Assembly (NCBI GenBank): GCA_951406725.2
Contig: OX597815.1
Coordinates: 87,420,001-87,484,000, forward strand
Length of the DNA stretch: 64,000 nt
Direction: 5' to 3'
Source: Octopus vulgaris
Lineage: Eukaryota
Under the pieces are notes generated by a model. The model was given only the letters and a program-made list of their open reading frames with translations, made no database searches and had not been told where the DNA came from. The position numbers and the translations under genes were made by a program. Position 1 is the first letter of the stretch. Each line of letters opens with the position of its first letter. This document shows positions 25,203-39,397 of the stretch, piece by piece.

Positions 25203-26875
25203 TAGGAAATAATTCAGATACTATAAAAAGGAAAATTGTTTTCTTTTTTATTGTTCTACTAGATTTGAGAAACAAAAAATCAGAATGTTTAATTAGCAAT
25301 AATGGCATACAATAACATACATATTATACGGTAATGAATATGGTGAAGCCAATGAAAGATCTTCTGTTTGGTCATTCAGTATGCTAGAAAAGTGGCCAAA
25401 TCTCCATCAAATCACACTTCACCATCTTGTAAAAAGGAAGGACACATTGGTTAATGTAATCCTCTGCCTGAAAATAAATGGTATGATCATGGCTGGAATG
25501 TCTCTAAACATAAGTCTGCTTAATAATGATTTACCTGAAGCTAGTTACAACAACAGAACAGATATTGAGAGACTACAATCATTATGATAACAAGATTATG
25601 TATGACAATATAAACAGAGACACATGTCCATATACATACATAGACAGTCTTGAATTTCATAGATGCTCGCTACATTATTCCTAAAATATTTTTGTTTATT
25701 AAAATTAGCATTACAATGTTTTCACATAACTGCTACCCAGCCTTCCTGATGTTCAATTGTAGTGCTCTACAAATGTTATTGTTTATTCAGCAATTGTAAT
25801 GATAGATAACAACTTGATCAAACTCTTCTCTGGCTATTGTTAATAGCATGTCATAGCACTTTTTTTTCTGACTCTTATCATCATTAAATTAGTCTGCCAT
25901 CTACTTTGATCACATGTCCAGACTAATATGACCAACTTACATGCTAGTTTACATCTTTTGTCTTCATATATTCAGACCATCATGACCTCTGCACTAACAA
26001 CTATCTGCTAACATCATGTGCTAGTACTGTTTTAACTTTGTACAAATCTCTTAGCTTCTTTCTTATCCTTGTTGTCATCAAAGTCAATGTTTTGGGGTTT
26101 AATATCAATTCTTTTCATATCAGCTTTTTTTGACTGATCTACAGTATATTATCTTTTGATGTATTTTAATGTATTCTGATTAGACAACTTACTAGGGTCA
26201 AATGTATTTACCCCCTGCCATGTATGATTACTTAGTATAACCAATAGCGTCATCCTGCAACTTTTTGCTCTTTGTATCATTGTTATGAGTCCTAAATCCA
26301 TATCAGTCCAGTTGCTTCCCTTGGGTATATGCTAACCAGCAGCAGACCACAGGCCCATAAGAACACTGGGATATCTTGATGACCATCATTTTTAAAATTC
26401 CAAACAAATAGTAATAAAAAAGCAAAAAACAATCCTCTAACCTAATGAAAAACTTTAAAAACTTCATTAAACATTTTCATCATAATTGTAGAAGCTCAAT
26501 ATCTTTGAAGTTAGCTTTTTCTTCTGATATATTTTGTTTGAGTTTATTATTGTTTGACACAATCTTGCATTTTCTCCTATGTCATCTGATATATTATTGT
26601 CTAATGTAGTTCTAGTATAGAGAGGACATCTCTACTTTGGGGGTTGTATCTATGATGAAGGCTATGAACAGCTTCTTCCTTCAGATCAACTAATGAATTT
26701 CAATTGGGCAAACATTTCATCTGATATTGTCTTATATTTTATTTAAAATAATGACCACCGTTTTGTTTGACCAGGTCTACCAAACTATTTGAATCATCAA
26801 TTTTTTTTTATCATCTTCTTTTTTATATTGTGGGCCATTTTGTTTAACTTACCGTTTTATTTACCTTACAATTAG

Positions 26876-26917
26876 TTATTGATTTGCTCAGCACTGACAC
26901 AGACACAAGTCCATCAG
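26876..26917 (+). CDS. CCDC149: Probable 42-nt CCDC149 exon (VIDLLSTDTDTSPS), possibly a cassette exon
   Basis: Branch-like tttaac and a pyrimidine tract before attag; consensus CAG|gtaagt donor; symmetric phase 1/1 and open in frame. No homology support. Confidence 0.6.
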
Positions 26918-27401
26918 GTAAGTCTTGGACTCAAGACTTGAAATGATAATGCTTCATGGTATTTCATATCCAATTTCTTCCCTTCTTAATTTATATCTCT
27001 CTTCCATATGCATTTTTTTTCCAATTTCAGAAAGGGAAACCTTTTTATGTGCCTTAAATATTTTCTTTTATATATCTCTTTGCTTTACTCTTTGCCTATT
27101 GATATGTTTTATGGGGAAATTTCTAAAGCACACTGCAGTTGTTTTTGACAAGAGAAAATTTGGCTGGTGATGGTTTTATTATAATTTTTATCGTTTTTAT
27201 GCATGGAAATGTTTTATTTGAATCTGTCATCAGATTTATCAAACTGTCTGAGAATATTTAATTAAGCCTTATTGATTATGAAAATTAATTATTTAGCCAA
27301 GATAAGACACTTGGAGCATTAGTAACTTGCCTGAAAGACACTTCAGTGACCTGGTATTAAAGTAATTTTCATTTCAGTTATGAATGTGAGTTATAGATTA
27401 A

Positions 27402-27443
<42 letters not shown>

Positions 27444-29398
27444 CACACACACACACACACACACATACATGCACACATACTTAAATCATCATCATTATTT
27501 AATGTCCGTCCTCCATGCTGGCATGAGTTGGATGGTTTGACAGAAGCTGACCGGCTAGAGAACAGCCTGGTTCCATTTGTCTGTTTTGACATGGTTTCTA
27601 TTGCTGGATGCCCTTCCTAATGCCAACTACTTTACAGAGTGTAATGAGCACTTTTGCATGGCACTAGCATGGTCGCTTTTATGTGGCACTGGCTTGGGTG
27701 CTTTTACATGGCACCAGTATGGACACTTTTATGTAGCGCCAGCACCCATAAGCCCACAAGACAATGATTTCTTGGCTGAGAGAGGGATGTAGAGGACATA
27801 CCTGTATGCATGAACAGCAATAAATATACTCAGCTTGACTTGTTTTCTCAAGCACAGCAAACTGCCAGAAGCATTGGTTCTTCGTCATCTCCTCTGTGAG
27901 GCCTTTTTCACTATTATAAATGCATTTATATATATATATATATATATATGATGGTCATCTACTCGTGACCGAGGAAGACCATTGCTGACCTTCAGGAACA
28001 TTGTGTGCTCTAGGACTAACTAATAATTTGCATTTGCAGTTCCATTGGTGGCTTATGAGCCCTGCACTTGACAAGCATACACGACTACAAACATTACAAA
28101 CCAATGCTTACCAAAGTTTTCCCCATTCACTACACCAGCAGTGCACTTTTGAGCAGCACACTTAAGTTCCTCATGCAGAATATGTGCTCTCTCAAAAGTG
28201 TTGACCACCCCTCCTTGACCTGCATCCTCCATCTGTGGCAATGACAAGCATTGCTCTCCTAGTCAGTCTCCTGCATATAATGAGGACTTGACACAGTCCT
28301 TAAATCACATCCTTGGTTTCTGCCGGGGTCTTTTTTCATTCACAAGTTCCCCATATAGCATCTGCTTAGGGATCCTACTATCCTTCATTCTAATAAAGGT
28401 CCAGTCCAATATAACTGGTGCTTGTGCACCATTGCCTCAATACTCAAGATATCAGCTGTCCTCAGGACTTATGTGTAAGGAAAAGTATGCAGTCATAGAA
28501 ACCATGCCAAAATAGACAATTGGAGCCTGATGCAGCTCTCCATTTGACCAGCCCCTTTCAAACCATCCAACCTATGCCAGCATGGAAAACACATTAAATG
28601 ATGATGATATTTAATGAACTTGATGATAAGTTTCTTAATAAACAGGTTTCACACTCTGTCTGAGATCTGTAATAGATCATTTGGTTTTTCTTTGTCTCTC
28701 TTTGGTTCAATAGTTTTGGTGTTTTGCATTTCCTTCAGTATCATTGTAGTATTTGCTTACAGGCTGAACATTGCAATACATATCGGTGCAAAATTGATTT
28801 CAGTTTATGCAACAGTCTGTTTGTAAAAGTATACATATGCATATATGTGTGTGTACACATATGTACACATGCATATTTTGCAACAATCAAACTTGAATCT
28901 ATAAATATACATTTTGTTTTGTAAGACACTCATGTACGTGTTTTTCCAAAGACATCTCTTTATAATGTTTGAATAGTTGTATACTACCCATGTTCATGTG
29001 TGTATAATGTATTAAGATCAATTATGATATTTCTTTACAGTTTTCTGTGTAAAATTTTCTTAGATTTTTTGAGTGCAAATATGTGTAAAATTTTTTCTTT
29101 TGAACATATAAAGCTGAATATTTACTGTTCCTTTGAGAACAATAAATTGCCTCAGTCTGATAGTATTTAAGAACCATATTTATTTTGTGTGTGTGTGCGC
29201 ATATGAGTGTGTGCGCATGCATGCATTTTACTTTGAGTTGCTCAAAGCAGCATTGACCTAAATTTTGTGTACAATTATATTTAACATATTCATATACACT
29301 CAGATATGGAAAAACCTTCACTGTGAAAATTCTCTATATGGCAGAACAATTTCCACATTTCCACAATACAAGTCTTTCCACATCTGAGTATACGCAAT

Positions 29399-31195
29399 CA
29401 TCATCATCATCATCATCATCATTTAGCGTCCGTTCTCCATGCTAGCATGGGTTGGACGGTTCAACTGGGGTCTGTGAAGCTGGAAGGCTTCATCAGGCCC
29501 AGTCAGATCTGGCAGTGTTTCTACGGCTGGATGCCCTTCCTAACGCCAACCACTCCGTGAGTGTAGTGGGTGATTTTTACGTGCCACCCGCACAGGTGCC
29601 AGACAGAGCTGGCAAACGGCCACGAACGGATGGTGCTTTTACGTGTCACTGGCACGGGGCCAGGCGAGGCTGGCAATGGACACAAACGGATGGTGCTTTT
29701 ACGTGCCACCAACACGGGGGCCAGACAGAGCTGGCAAACGGCCACGAAACGGATGGTGCTTTTACGTGTCACCGGCACGGGGGCCAGGCGAGGCTGGCAA
29801 CGGACATGAACGGATGGTGCTTTTACATGTCACCGACATGGGGGCCAGACAGGGCTGGCAAACGGCCACGAACGGATGGTGTTTTTACGTGTCACCGGCA
29901 CGGGGGCCAGACAGAGCTGGCAAACGGCCACAAACGGATGGTGCTTTTCCGTGTCACCGGCACGGGGGCCAGGCCAAGCTGGCAACGAACACAAATGGAT
30001 GGTGCTTTTACATGCCACCGACACGGGGGCCAGACAGGGCTGGCAGACGGCTACGAACGGATGGTGCTTTTACGTGTCACCTGCACGGGGGCCCTGATGT
30101 TGATCGACCTCAATTTGGTTTGATTTTGATTTTGACTGTTCTCACTGGTCTTGCCGGGTTTTCTCACGCACAGCATACTTCCAAAGGTCTCGGTCACTGG
30201 TCATTTCCTTGGTGAGACCTAAAGTTCACTCAACTATCTTCAGCCATTCTCATCACATGACCATACCAGCGCATACGTCTCTCTTGCACACAACAACTGA
30301 TGCTTCTTAGGTTCAACTTTTCTCTCAAGGTACTTACACTCTGTCGATTATGAACACTGACGTTACACATCCATCAGAGCATACTAGCTTCATTTCTTGC
30401 GAGCTTACGCAAATCCTCAGCAGTCACAGCCCAAGTTTCACTACCATGTAGCATGGCTGTACGTACACATGCATCATACAGTCTGCCTTTTACTTTGAGC
30501 GAGAGGCCTTTTGTCACCAGCAGGGGTAAGAGCTCTCTAAACTTTGCCCAGGCTATTCTTACTCTAGCAGTTATACTTTCAGCGCACCCGCCCCCGCTAC
30601 TGACTTGGTCACCTAGGTAACGGAAACTATCAACTACTTCTAGCTTTTCTCCCTGGAAAGTGACGGAAGTTGGTCTCAGAGCATTTTCAGTGTTAATTGT
30701 TCCTGAGCATCTGCCACATACAAAAACCATCTTCCTAGTTAGCCTTCCTTTGACATTGCTGCACCTCTTATGTGTCCATAGCTTACACTTGGTGCATCTT
30801 ATAGAGTTTCTACCTACACCTTTTCTACAGATCGAGCAGGGCCATCTACCTGAAGGCGTTTGTGATTGGTCTACCTTCCTACTTATTAGGACTTTGGTTT
30901 TGGCTAGGTTGATTCTAAGGCCCTTCGATTCTAAACCTTGTTTCCATACCTGAAACTTCTCCTCTAGTTCTGATAGAGACTCAGCAATTAGAGCAAGGTC
31001 ATCAGCATAGAGGAGCTCCCAGGGGCATCCTGTCTTGAATTCCTCCGTTATTGCCTGGAGGACTATGATAAATAGGAGGGGACTGAGGACTGAACCTTGG
31101 TGGACCCCAACCTCTACCCTGAATTCTTCACTGTACTCGGTGCCAACCCTCACCTTACTAGCAGCGTCTCTGTACATGGCTTGTACAGCTTTCAC
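29399..31195 (-). mobile_element. Relatively young 5'-truncated RTE-clade LINE: RT C-terminal half, 3' UTR with tandem array, (ATG)n tail
   Basis: 273-aa ORF with GVHQGSVLSPLLF, LLYADDL, a C/H-rich finger-like insert, FRYLG and GSETW; the frame continues past a TGA to RWYGHV; (CAT)n tail at 29399-29422. Confidence 0.95.
29569..30092. repeat. ~61-bp GC-rich tandem array, ~8.5 units, in the LINE 3' UTR
   Basis: Unit ggtgcttttacgtgtcaccggcacgggggccagacagagctggcaaacggccacgaacggat; two subtypes. Confidence 0.95.
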
Positions 31196-31211
31196 TCATT
31201 TTAAATATAAT

Positions 31212-31246
<35 letters not shown>

Positions 31247-31286
31247 TTGGCTGTTCCACAGCTCTCAAGCCAAACCCAATAAAAGA

Positions 31287-31323
<37 letters not shown>

Positions 31324-34300
31324 TGGTTGTGGTGGTTGCTATTGCACAGTTTTAATCTGGCGAAAATAATGAGAACACTGTTGTGTCTGTTTTTCATTCA
31401 TTATCAGCAGACTTTAAATCTTCAGCCTGTTGATATATTAAATTGCCCAATTCATGAAATAGTGTCCTGGGGCATCTAGAATTGGTTTGTTACAAGGATG
31501 TGCTATCTGTGTCACAAGTTTTGCTTTATATTTTGCTATTAATATAACTATTTTTGAATAATTGTCTAGGTTTTTTTTTGGTTTTTTTAAATAATTTTTT
31601 TCAGGAGTGGGGAGCATTTCTATAAAATGATTAAATTATCAACTAATGTTGTTGTTTTTTTATATATCCCACAAATAGCACTACTCCAATTTGACATATC
31701 ATTAATGCTCATAAAATATAGCAGATATTATAGCATTCGAGTAACAATTCATTTAAGAAGATTATTGCACATGTATTTGATTGCTATATGAAAGACTTCA
31801 ACTATTGCAAATAAATGTTTGTGTAAGAAAGATCAGGTAAAGCTTAGCTTTTGGATATAAACAAATGCATACAAATGTTGGGAAAGCTAAATTTACATAT
31901 GTGTACAAAAGATTATCAACTTAACTAATGAATAACTCTAGATTGAGCCTTGCTGCTGAATAAGTTCTTATCGTTTAGCTGTGTCTTATACTGTTTCAGA
32001 TGTAAAAATCCACCATCAGATGTACTGTTTGTATGTTTGTAATCACATTGATTGGTGAATAATCACTAAGACACGGGTGTAGCTATGTGTTTGAGAGGCT
32101 TGCTTCCCAGCCATTTGGTTTTGGTTCATTCTTACTATGTGGTTCTTTGAACAAGTGTCTTCTGCTATAGCCCAGGCCAACCCAGGCCTTGTGAGCGGAT
32201 TTGGTAATTGGAAACTGAAAGAAGCTTGTTGTGTGTGTGTGTCTTTATCTAGATATGTCGTCACACAAACAAGGTTGTTCATATCCAGTCTTCTGTGAAA
32301 AACATGTTTAGCAATGGGAAAAGGCTATCTTGCTTGGCGGCAAGTGAGGGTTGGTGACAACTGTAGAAAATCTACCTCAACAAACTCTATGTGACCCATG
32401 CAAGTATGAAAAATTTGGATGTTAAATGACGATTCAGCTACCTCAGCCCGACAGGCTAGGTTCCTGCGAAGAGCCTATGAAACTTTAAGTTGCTTGGGGC
32501 CAAATCAAACTATTTTAAGTAATAATAATAATAATTAATGTCTGTGTGTGTATGTATATATAGATTTGTATGTGTATGTGTGTGTGTGTGTTAACTGCAT
32601 TTGATAATTTGTGTTGCTTTGTTTATGCACTCATTATTTAGCATTTCAACACTTAGAGAGAGAAAAATAAATATTGGGATTGATTTCATTTACTGAAACT
32701 CCCCTCCAAGTCAGTACCTCAGCATGACCACAGTCTGTGACTAAAACCGAAAGTGAGAGAGGGAGAGAGAGTGTGTGTGTGGATAGAAAGACAAAGAGAC
32801 AGATTTATATATATATATATATATATATATGGGAATTAACTATTGTTTTCAATACGTTTCATTAAAGATACTATATTGTATCTCTTTCTTGAAACTAACT
32901 GTAAGAAACTGATGCAGAAGATGAAAAATCTGTTATAAAAAAAGCATAAAACTGGAACACAGTCACATCTCTTTTTATTTATTCTACATATAGTTTGAGT
33001 TAAAGATATTTTCTTCATCAGCTCTGTGCTCTAAGTCACAACTATTCTGGTTCCTTCAAACAACATCATTTTCTCTAATGGCGACCTGTAACTAAAATCC
33101 CATTGTCATTAGAAGTAATGTACACTACCATCCTTATGCCTCACCCACTCTGTAACTCCTTCATATTTCAGATGTTTCCTTTCACAGAACCACTCCACAT
33201 AGCCTTCAAGTAGCACAGTGAACTCAAAAACATAGACACTTTGTCAATCCAGACCATACCATCAAACTCGGCCATTGTTTCATGATTGCAGTATGACTTA
33301 GGAAAACAAGTGCTTCTACCAGACCTTGTTGAGAAGACTGCTCTTTACTTCCTTCTGCTTATTCTTTTGCATTTTTGCCTGCCATCTGCATTATTGAAAA
33401 CCATATAATGCATTATGTTAATTCTGCTCATACTGAGCATGATCTGTTACTGCTTTAATGCTCCAGCAATGCTCTCTCTCTTTCGCCGGTTATCCATATA
33501 CCTCCTGTACAGCTAGACACCTGTTTCTGTCTCTCTGTCACACTCTAACCTTTTATCATCTGACACAAGATCACCTCCTCCAATGCCCCTGCTTCTCTCA
33601 AAGGATCTTTGTCTTGCAAGTTACTTGGTAACCCTTCTAGTGCTAGTACCATGTAAAAAGCGTCCAGTCTACACTGTAAAGTGGTTAGCATCTGGAAGGG
33701 CATCCAGTTGTAAAAACCATACTAAACTGACCTCACCTGTGCTTGTGACACATAAAAGCTCTCAGTCCATTCTGCAGGGTGGTTGATGTTAGGAAGGGCA
33801 TCCAGCCATAAAAACTGTGCCAAAACATACAGAAATCTTGTGCAGTCTTCTGCTGTCAATTTGTCTAATCCATGCCAGCATGGAGAGTGGATATTCAACA
33901 ATAATGATGATAGCTTGCATGTGAATAGAACATCATGTAAACTTGTATGACTTTCTTGTCAATGACAGTCTACATAAAGAAATGCTATCTTTCCTCAACC
34001 AACAGCCATGTTGCCATGTATGTTGACTTCTTTGCTACACTGCTTATGTTAGTCACTTTTCTCTTTATGCTGATAAATCCATTTAATCTTGATATCCTAC
34101 CTGTCCTTGTACACACACACACACACTCACAAACTTGTGTATGTGCATCATTATCATTTCTATGTCCACTTTTTCAATGCTTACATGGATTGAATGAGGC
34201 TGTAGTTTGTAGATAGATGCTCTTCCTGTCACCAATGCTTGCCTTTCAAGTGAAATACATTTTACTCCCTAGTTTTGAAGTTAACTAAATCACTCAGTAA

Positions 34301-35171
34301 TGGGATATATCGTTTACAAGGGATGTATACAGGCACACGTATATAAAATGCCCCCTTCCTAATCTGATTAGACATGCAGTTTAACATACTATTACCTTTC
34401 CCCTATTTGACTATTTTCACTTGGCATAGATTTTTTTTAGATGTAATCATTCAACACTAATGATAATTTTAATTATCCCTCTTTTCTTTAATGTCTTTTT
34501 TTTCCCTCACATTTCCTCATGGAGAAGTCATGACATTTAATCCTGAACAGTTACCAGATTTTGCATAATATGTTATACAAGCCCATTCAGTTACATGATA
34601 CTTGAAGTAGCTTGTGTATAATTCCTGCATTCTTCAAATGATTTTGTGTGTGTATGTGTTATATATCTCTATATATTTACGCACACAGATATATGCATAC
34701 ACACACACACACACATACACATACACATACACTCTCTCTCTCTCTCTCAGTTTTAATCTGCTGAATTTCATTCACAAGGTATTGTTCAGCCTATAGCTGA
34801 AGAAACTTGCCTAACCCCCAAGTGCTGCTAACTGGGATGGAACCTAAAGCAATATGGCTGTGAAGCAAACTATGCAATTACATAGCCATGCCTGCATCTG
34901 ATCTATCATCATCTTTATATCCATGCCTACATAAGTTGGATGACTTGACAGTTTTTAGACTTCTGTTTTCAATGTTAGAAGAACAATCTTATAATGACAT
35001 GTTCATTGAAAACAAAATAAAAGCCAAAACAAAAGATTGTTTCTATACAATAATGACTATCAAATGTTGTTGTCATGGTAACTGTATGCCAAACACAAAG
35101 GTGTACATCACTCTGTGTGGGTGTGTATCTGTGTCCAGTTGAGCATGCACATTACAAAATGTACAGATATT

Positions 35172-35382
35172 CTTTTCTACTCTAGGTACAAGAACCGAAA
35201 TTTTGGGGGAAGGGTCCAGTCGATTAGATCGACCTCGTACACAACTTGTACTTAATTTATCGAACCCGAAAGGATGAAAGATAAAGTCAACCTTGGCAGA
35301 ATTTGAACTCGGAACATAAAGACAGATGAAATACCGCTAAGCATTTTGCTTGGCATGCTAACATTTCTGCCAGCTCACCGCC
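35172..35382 (-). mobile_element. Full-length tRNA-derived SINE (second family) with 20-bp TSD
   Basis: TTACAAAATGTACAGATATT at 35152-35171 and 35383-35402; minus-strand head with TGGCAGAAATG and GAGTTCAAATTC boxes. Confidence 0.9.
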
Positions 35383-35684
35383 TTACAAAATGTACAGATA
35401 TTGCCCCAGGGAAACCTTCGACTCCATTTTATTCCATCATTCATTATTCTGAAATTATTTTGACTGATAGAATTGTTAGCATGCCAGGCAAAATGCTTAG
35501 TGGCATTTCGTCTGTCTTTATGAAAGAACGGACATGGCTGTGTGGTAATAAGCTTACCTCCCAACCACTTAGTTCTAGGTCCAATCCTATTGTGTGACAC
35601 CTTAGGCAAGTGTCTTCTCCTATAGCCTCAGGCCAACCAAATCCTTATGAGTGGATTTCGTAGAAAGAAACTGAAAGAAGCCTG

Positions 35685-35723
<39 letters not shown>

Positions 35724-35884
35724 TGTGTGTGTGTGTGCGTGTGTGTGTGTGTGTGTGTGTTTGTCCACCACCACCACTTGGCAACTTTAACTTAGCAGTT
35801 TGGCAAAAAGAGGGTGATAGAATAAGTACCAAGCTTAAAAAAAGAAAATCCTGGAGTTGTTTCATTCAACTAAAAGTTCTTTAA

Positions 35885-36089
35885 CCCTTTAGTATTTAAA
35901 CTGGCCATATGTAACCAAAATATTCTACCAGTTTTACCTTTAAACCAGCCAGGTTTGGCCTCTCATGCATTCCCTATAATGTTATTCTAAAAATAAACAA
36001 TTACATCATCAAAATCTCTAATCTATGAGATTGTGCATGACCACTTCAAAAATCATTGCATTTAAAGGAGTAATCTGAATGCTAAAGGG
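35885..36089. mobile_element. piggyBac-type MITE nested in a SINE
   Basis: TTAA|CCCTTTAG...CTAAAGGG|TCAA; the SINE body resumes after it (gtggtgccccagcatggcc). A decayed copy lies at ~49705-49925. Confidence 0.85.
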
Positions 36090-36271
36090 TCAAAGTGGTG
36101 CCCCAGCATGGCCGCAACTAATGAATGAAACATTAAAAAAAAGACATATGCAAATTTTTGTGAAAACTCATTGAGAATTTGTACAGCTGTTTCCAGACAA
36201 ACAAGCAAACATCAGAACATTTACGTGTGTATGTATACATGTCTAAATGTGTATATGTATGTATATCTATA

Positions 36272-36483
36272 TATATGAATTTTTTGCATAATGAGATAAA
36301 ACACCAAAGCTGTATAGATATTAGAGCATTTATAGATAGAAGGTCTTACAGCTGTTTCTAGGATATTAATTAATAATATCCCTATAATAACCTAGAAACA
36401 GCTGTGAGACCTTCTATCTATAAATGTTCTAATATCTATACAGCCTTGTTTTTTTATCTCATTACACAAAAAATTTGTATATA
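36272..36483. repeat. ~90-bp inverted repeat carrying the 3' half of a hammerhead (GAAAC AGCT GTA)
   Basis: 36272-36362 pairs with 36391-36483. The minus strand reads GGATATT-loop-AATATCC TA GAAAC AGCT GTA AGACC; the CTGANGA box is missing. Confidence 0.8.
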
Positions 36484-37779
36484 CACACGCTGACATAGAA
36501 CCAACGTTGAACCCTTTATTCGCAATATTACCGAATCTGGAATTTAACTATGGTCTGTCTATAGCACTTATTCAGCATTACCTGACACGTTTGGGTCTCA
36601 ATGACACCATTATCTCTTATAACCTCAACTTCTCTGTATATCTATATATAAATATGGTATACACACATGTACGAGCATGCACACACACACAAACTATAGG
36701 CATTGGATCACTTAATAACAAGCCTTATTAGTTTGATGAATAAACTGTTTGTTGTTTCAGAATTATTTATGCTTGGTTGGACATCCAGCTCAACAACATT
36801 TCACTTGTCTGCATCATTTCTACTCAGTAGACCACACCTCTTGGTACTTCCTTTCTGAGCTTGCATTGCCTGCCTCTTCTGTCTATGAAGAGAAAGGAAC
36901 TTATGTTCCTTCTTGGAACCTTCCAACAATGTGATTTTAATACTAAACCTACCATTTTTTGAACACTTTTTTTCATATATACATGCACCATACTTAAGAA
37001 AACACACATGACCACACTAAGATATCACAATTTGACAAATGCACACACACACACATACACACACACACACACACCTACTATTGCCACATAAACAAACATG
37101 CAGATCTAATATTAACACAAGCATGTACATACACATACCTGTCTGCATGCACAAAAAAACATTACATGCATGCTTCTAAAAACTCATACTAATACATGAA
37201 CTCAACATTCTCACATTTACTAAAGATAGAAAGAAAATAAGCTTACCAAAAGCACATACACACCCTCATACATACCTGCCAAGAAAATAGCTGTATGGCT
37301 ATTGGGTCAGACAGAGTTTATAGAAGCAGATATTCTAAGGCCAAATGCTCTTCCTGTCATCAACTCTTACCTATTTCCAAGCAAGGTGATATTTCTCCAT
37401 GGCCAGACATTTTCACAGAAATTTGGAAAGGAATGATATTTATTTACAACAGCCATGCACTGTCAGGACAAAGAGATGCAAACATTCTCTCTCTCACATA
37501 TATATGGTGAGCTTCAGTTTCCATGTACCAAATCTATTCATGAGGCTTTGGTTGGCCCAGGGCTATAGTAGAAGACAGTTGTCCAAAGTGCCAAACAGTG
37601 GGACTGAACTGGAAACCATGTGGTTGGGAAGCTAACTTTTTAACTACACAACTACACCTGTATTTTGTATATATTTGTAGTGTTTAATTATGTTCTCCAG
37701 CATGCTGTTTTTGATCTAAGAGATATTACCATTTCTGTCAATGTTTCTTTAACTTACACCATTACATTTGTTCTTCCAG

Positions 37780-38109
37780 GTCCCCATCCAGTCCTTGCAA
37801 AGATCCGGTCAGAATATGAGGAAGTGAAATCCTTGTTACCGGATGTCTCTTCACCAGAAAACAAATCTGAGCCTGATGGCACTATATACGATAAAGACAC
37901 TGAAGAAGATACTGAAACACTGGAGACTTTGAGTACTCCTGCATCCACTGTAGATAACAGCCCTTCCCATAGCAATCAACAAACTCCATATAAAGTTGTC
38001 TCACTCACAGACCTAGATTTACTTCCAACTAAAGAAATTCTAAATCAGCAATCCTTAGAAAAAAGTGATGGAGAAATTTCAGCAAACAGTTTGGACCTAA
38101 AATTTTTCG
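37780..38109 (+). CDS. CCDC149: CCDC149 acidic S/T-rich exon (GPHPVLAKIRSEYEEVKSLL...ANSLDLKFF)
   Basis: ttcttccag acceptor phase 1, 330 nt open, G|gtaagc donor phase 1; compatible with the flanking exons. Confidence 0.85.
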
Positions 38110-39397
38110 GTAAGCTATGAGAAAGTTTTATTTCCCTCTTGTTTTATTTCTTGCAGAGTCTCTTTTATGAATAGAGATGTGATGAACTACAAGCTCATTA
38201 GTTACACTTCAAAATTTCTGTTCCTGGGTAAAACATTATATCCTGTATTTATCCTATATTGTTTGTAATAAATGCTAGATCATCTTCAAATAGCTTTCTG
38301 TGGTTGACTAACAACCTATCTAAAGATGAGGTGCTAGGGAACCCTGTAAGACAAGACCCCAGTAAACTCAATGAGGCACTGTTTTTCTGTGGAGTTGTGT
38401 CTCATTGACTTCACTAGCGTTTAGCCCCTACTCCTGAAATGTTTCTCTAATGTCTAGAAGATAGATAAATATCTTCTTTGCTTTTATAAAGTGTCTTGTT
38501 TTGGGTTTTCTTTTTATTATTTTTTTTACATATTTTACTCCATGTATTAGATCTTAAAGGCAGTTTTTTTGTCTTTTTTAGTGGACTGTATCATGCCTTA
38601 TGACATTGTTATAATTTATTGAATAAGAAAATAGCAAAATGTTTAAGGACATCATTCTGAATATTTATGGTTTAAATTCTTTCTGGATTTAAGATCAAAC
38701 TCTGCTACAGCTGACATAAACTCCCTTCTTTTTTTTTTACCTAATTGATGATGATAAATTAAGTATGTGTATAGAAAAAGAATCACACCCATTTTTAACT
38801 TTAGAAATACACTTTTAAAGCAAAAGCTTTTGATTTTCCTACTATCAAAACCTTCTGAGCAATATTTGATTTTATGCCTGAAGCATTGATACTAAGTATA
38901 AGCAAAATAGAGTCCAGTAGAAGTAGAAAATTAATTTAGTCACTATTTTGCTATTTTTAATTGAAAATATTGTATACATTTCTTTTCCATGACTTCCATG
39001 AAGTGTTAAAACAAAGAAACACAAATGCGCACACATTTATATCCATATACACATTTATTAGTACAACTAACTTTTTCAGTTTCCATCTACCAAATCTGCT
39101 TTGGTTGGCCCAGGGCTATAGGAGAAGGCACCTGTCTAAAGTGCCATGCAGTGGAACTGAACCCAAAACCAAGTGGTTAGGAAGCAAACTTCTTAATCAT
39201 AAGAGCTATGCCTGCACCTATATATATATAAATATATATATATATAATATAAATTAGAGATAAAACCACTATTATGCAACTCAAACAATGATAGACATAA
39301 ACCAAAACATAAATAACAAATAAAAAATATTTTTATGAAACAAATAACTAGATCACAAAAAATATAAAAATGAATAATCAATATATAATAAGTAAAA

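Noticed and set aside
29452-30215. Long ORFs (223 and 190 aa) and a CRISPR-like periodicity
   Set aside because: These are by-products of a GC-rich tandem array. The inter-repeat segments are themselves repeats rather than unique spacers, there are no cas genes, and the context is a eukaryotic LINE UTR.
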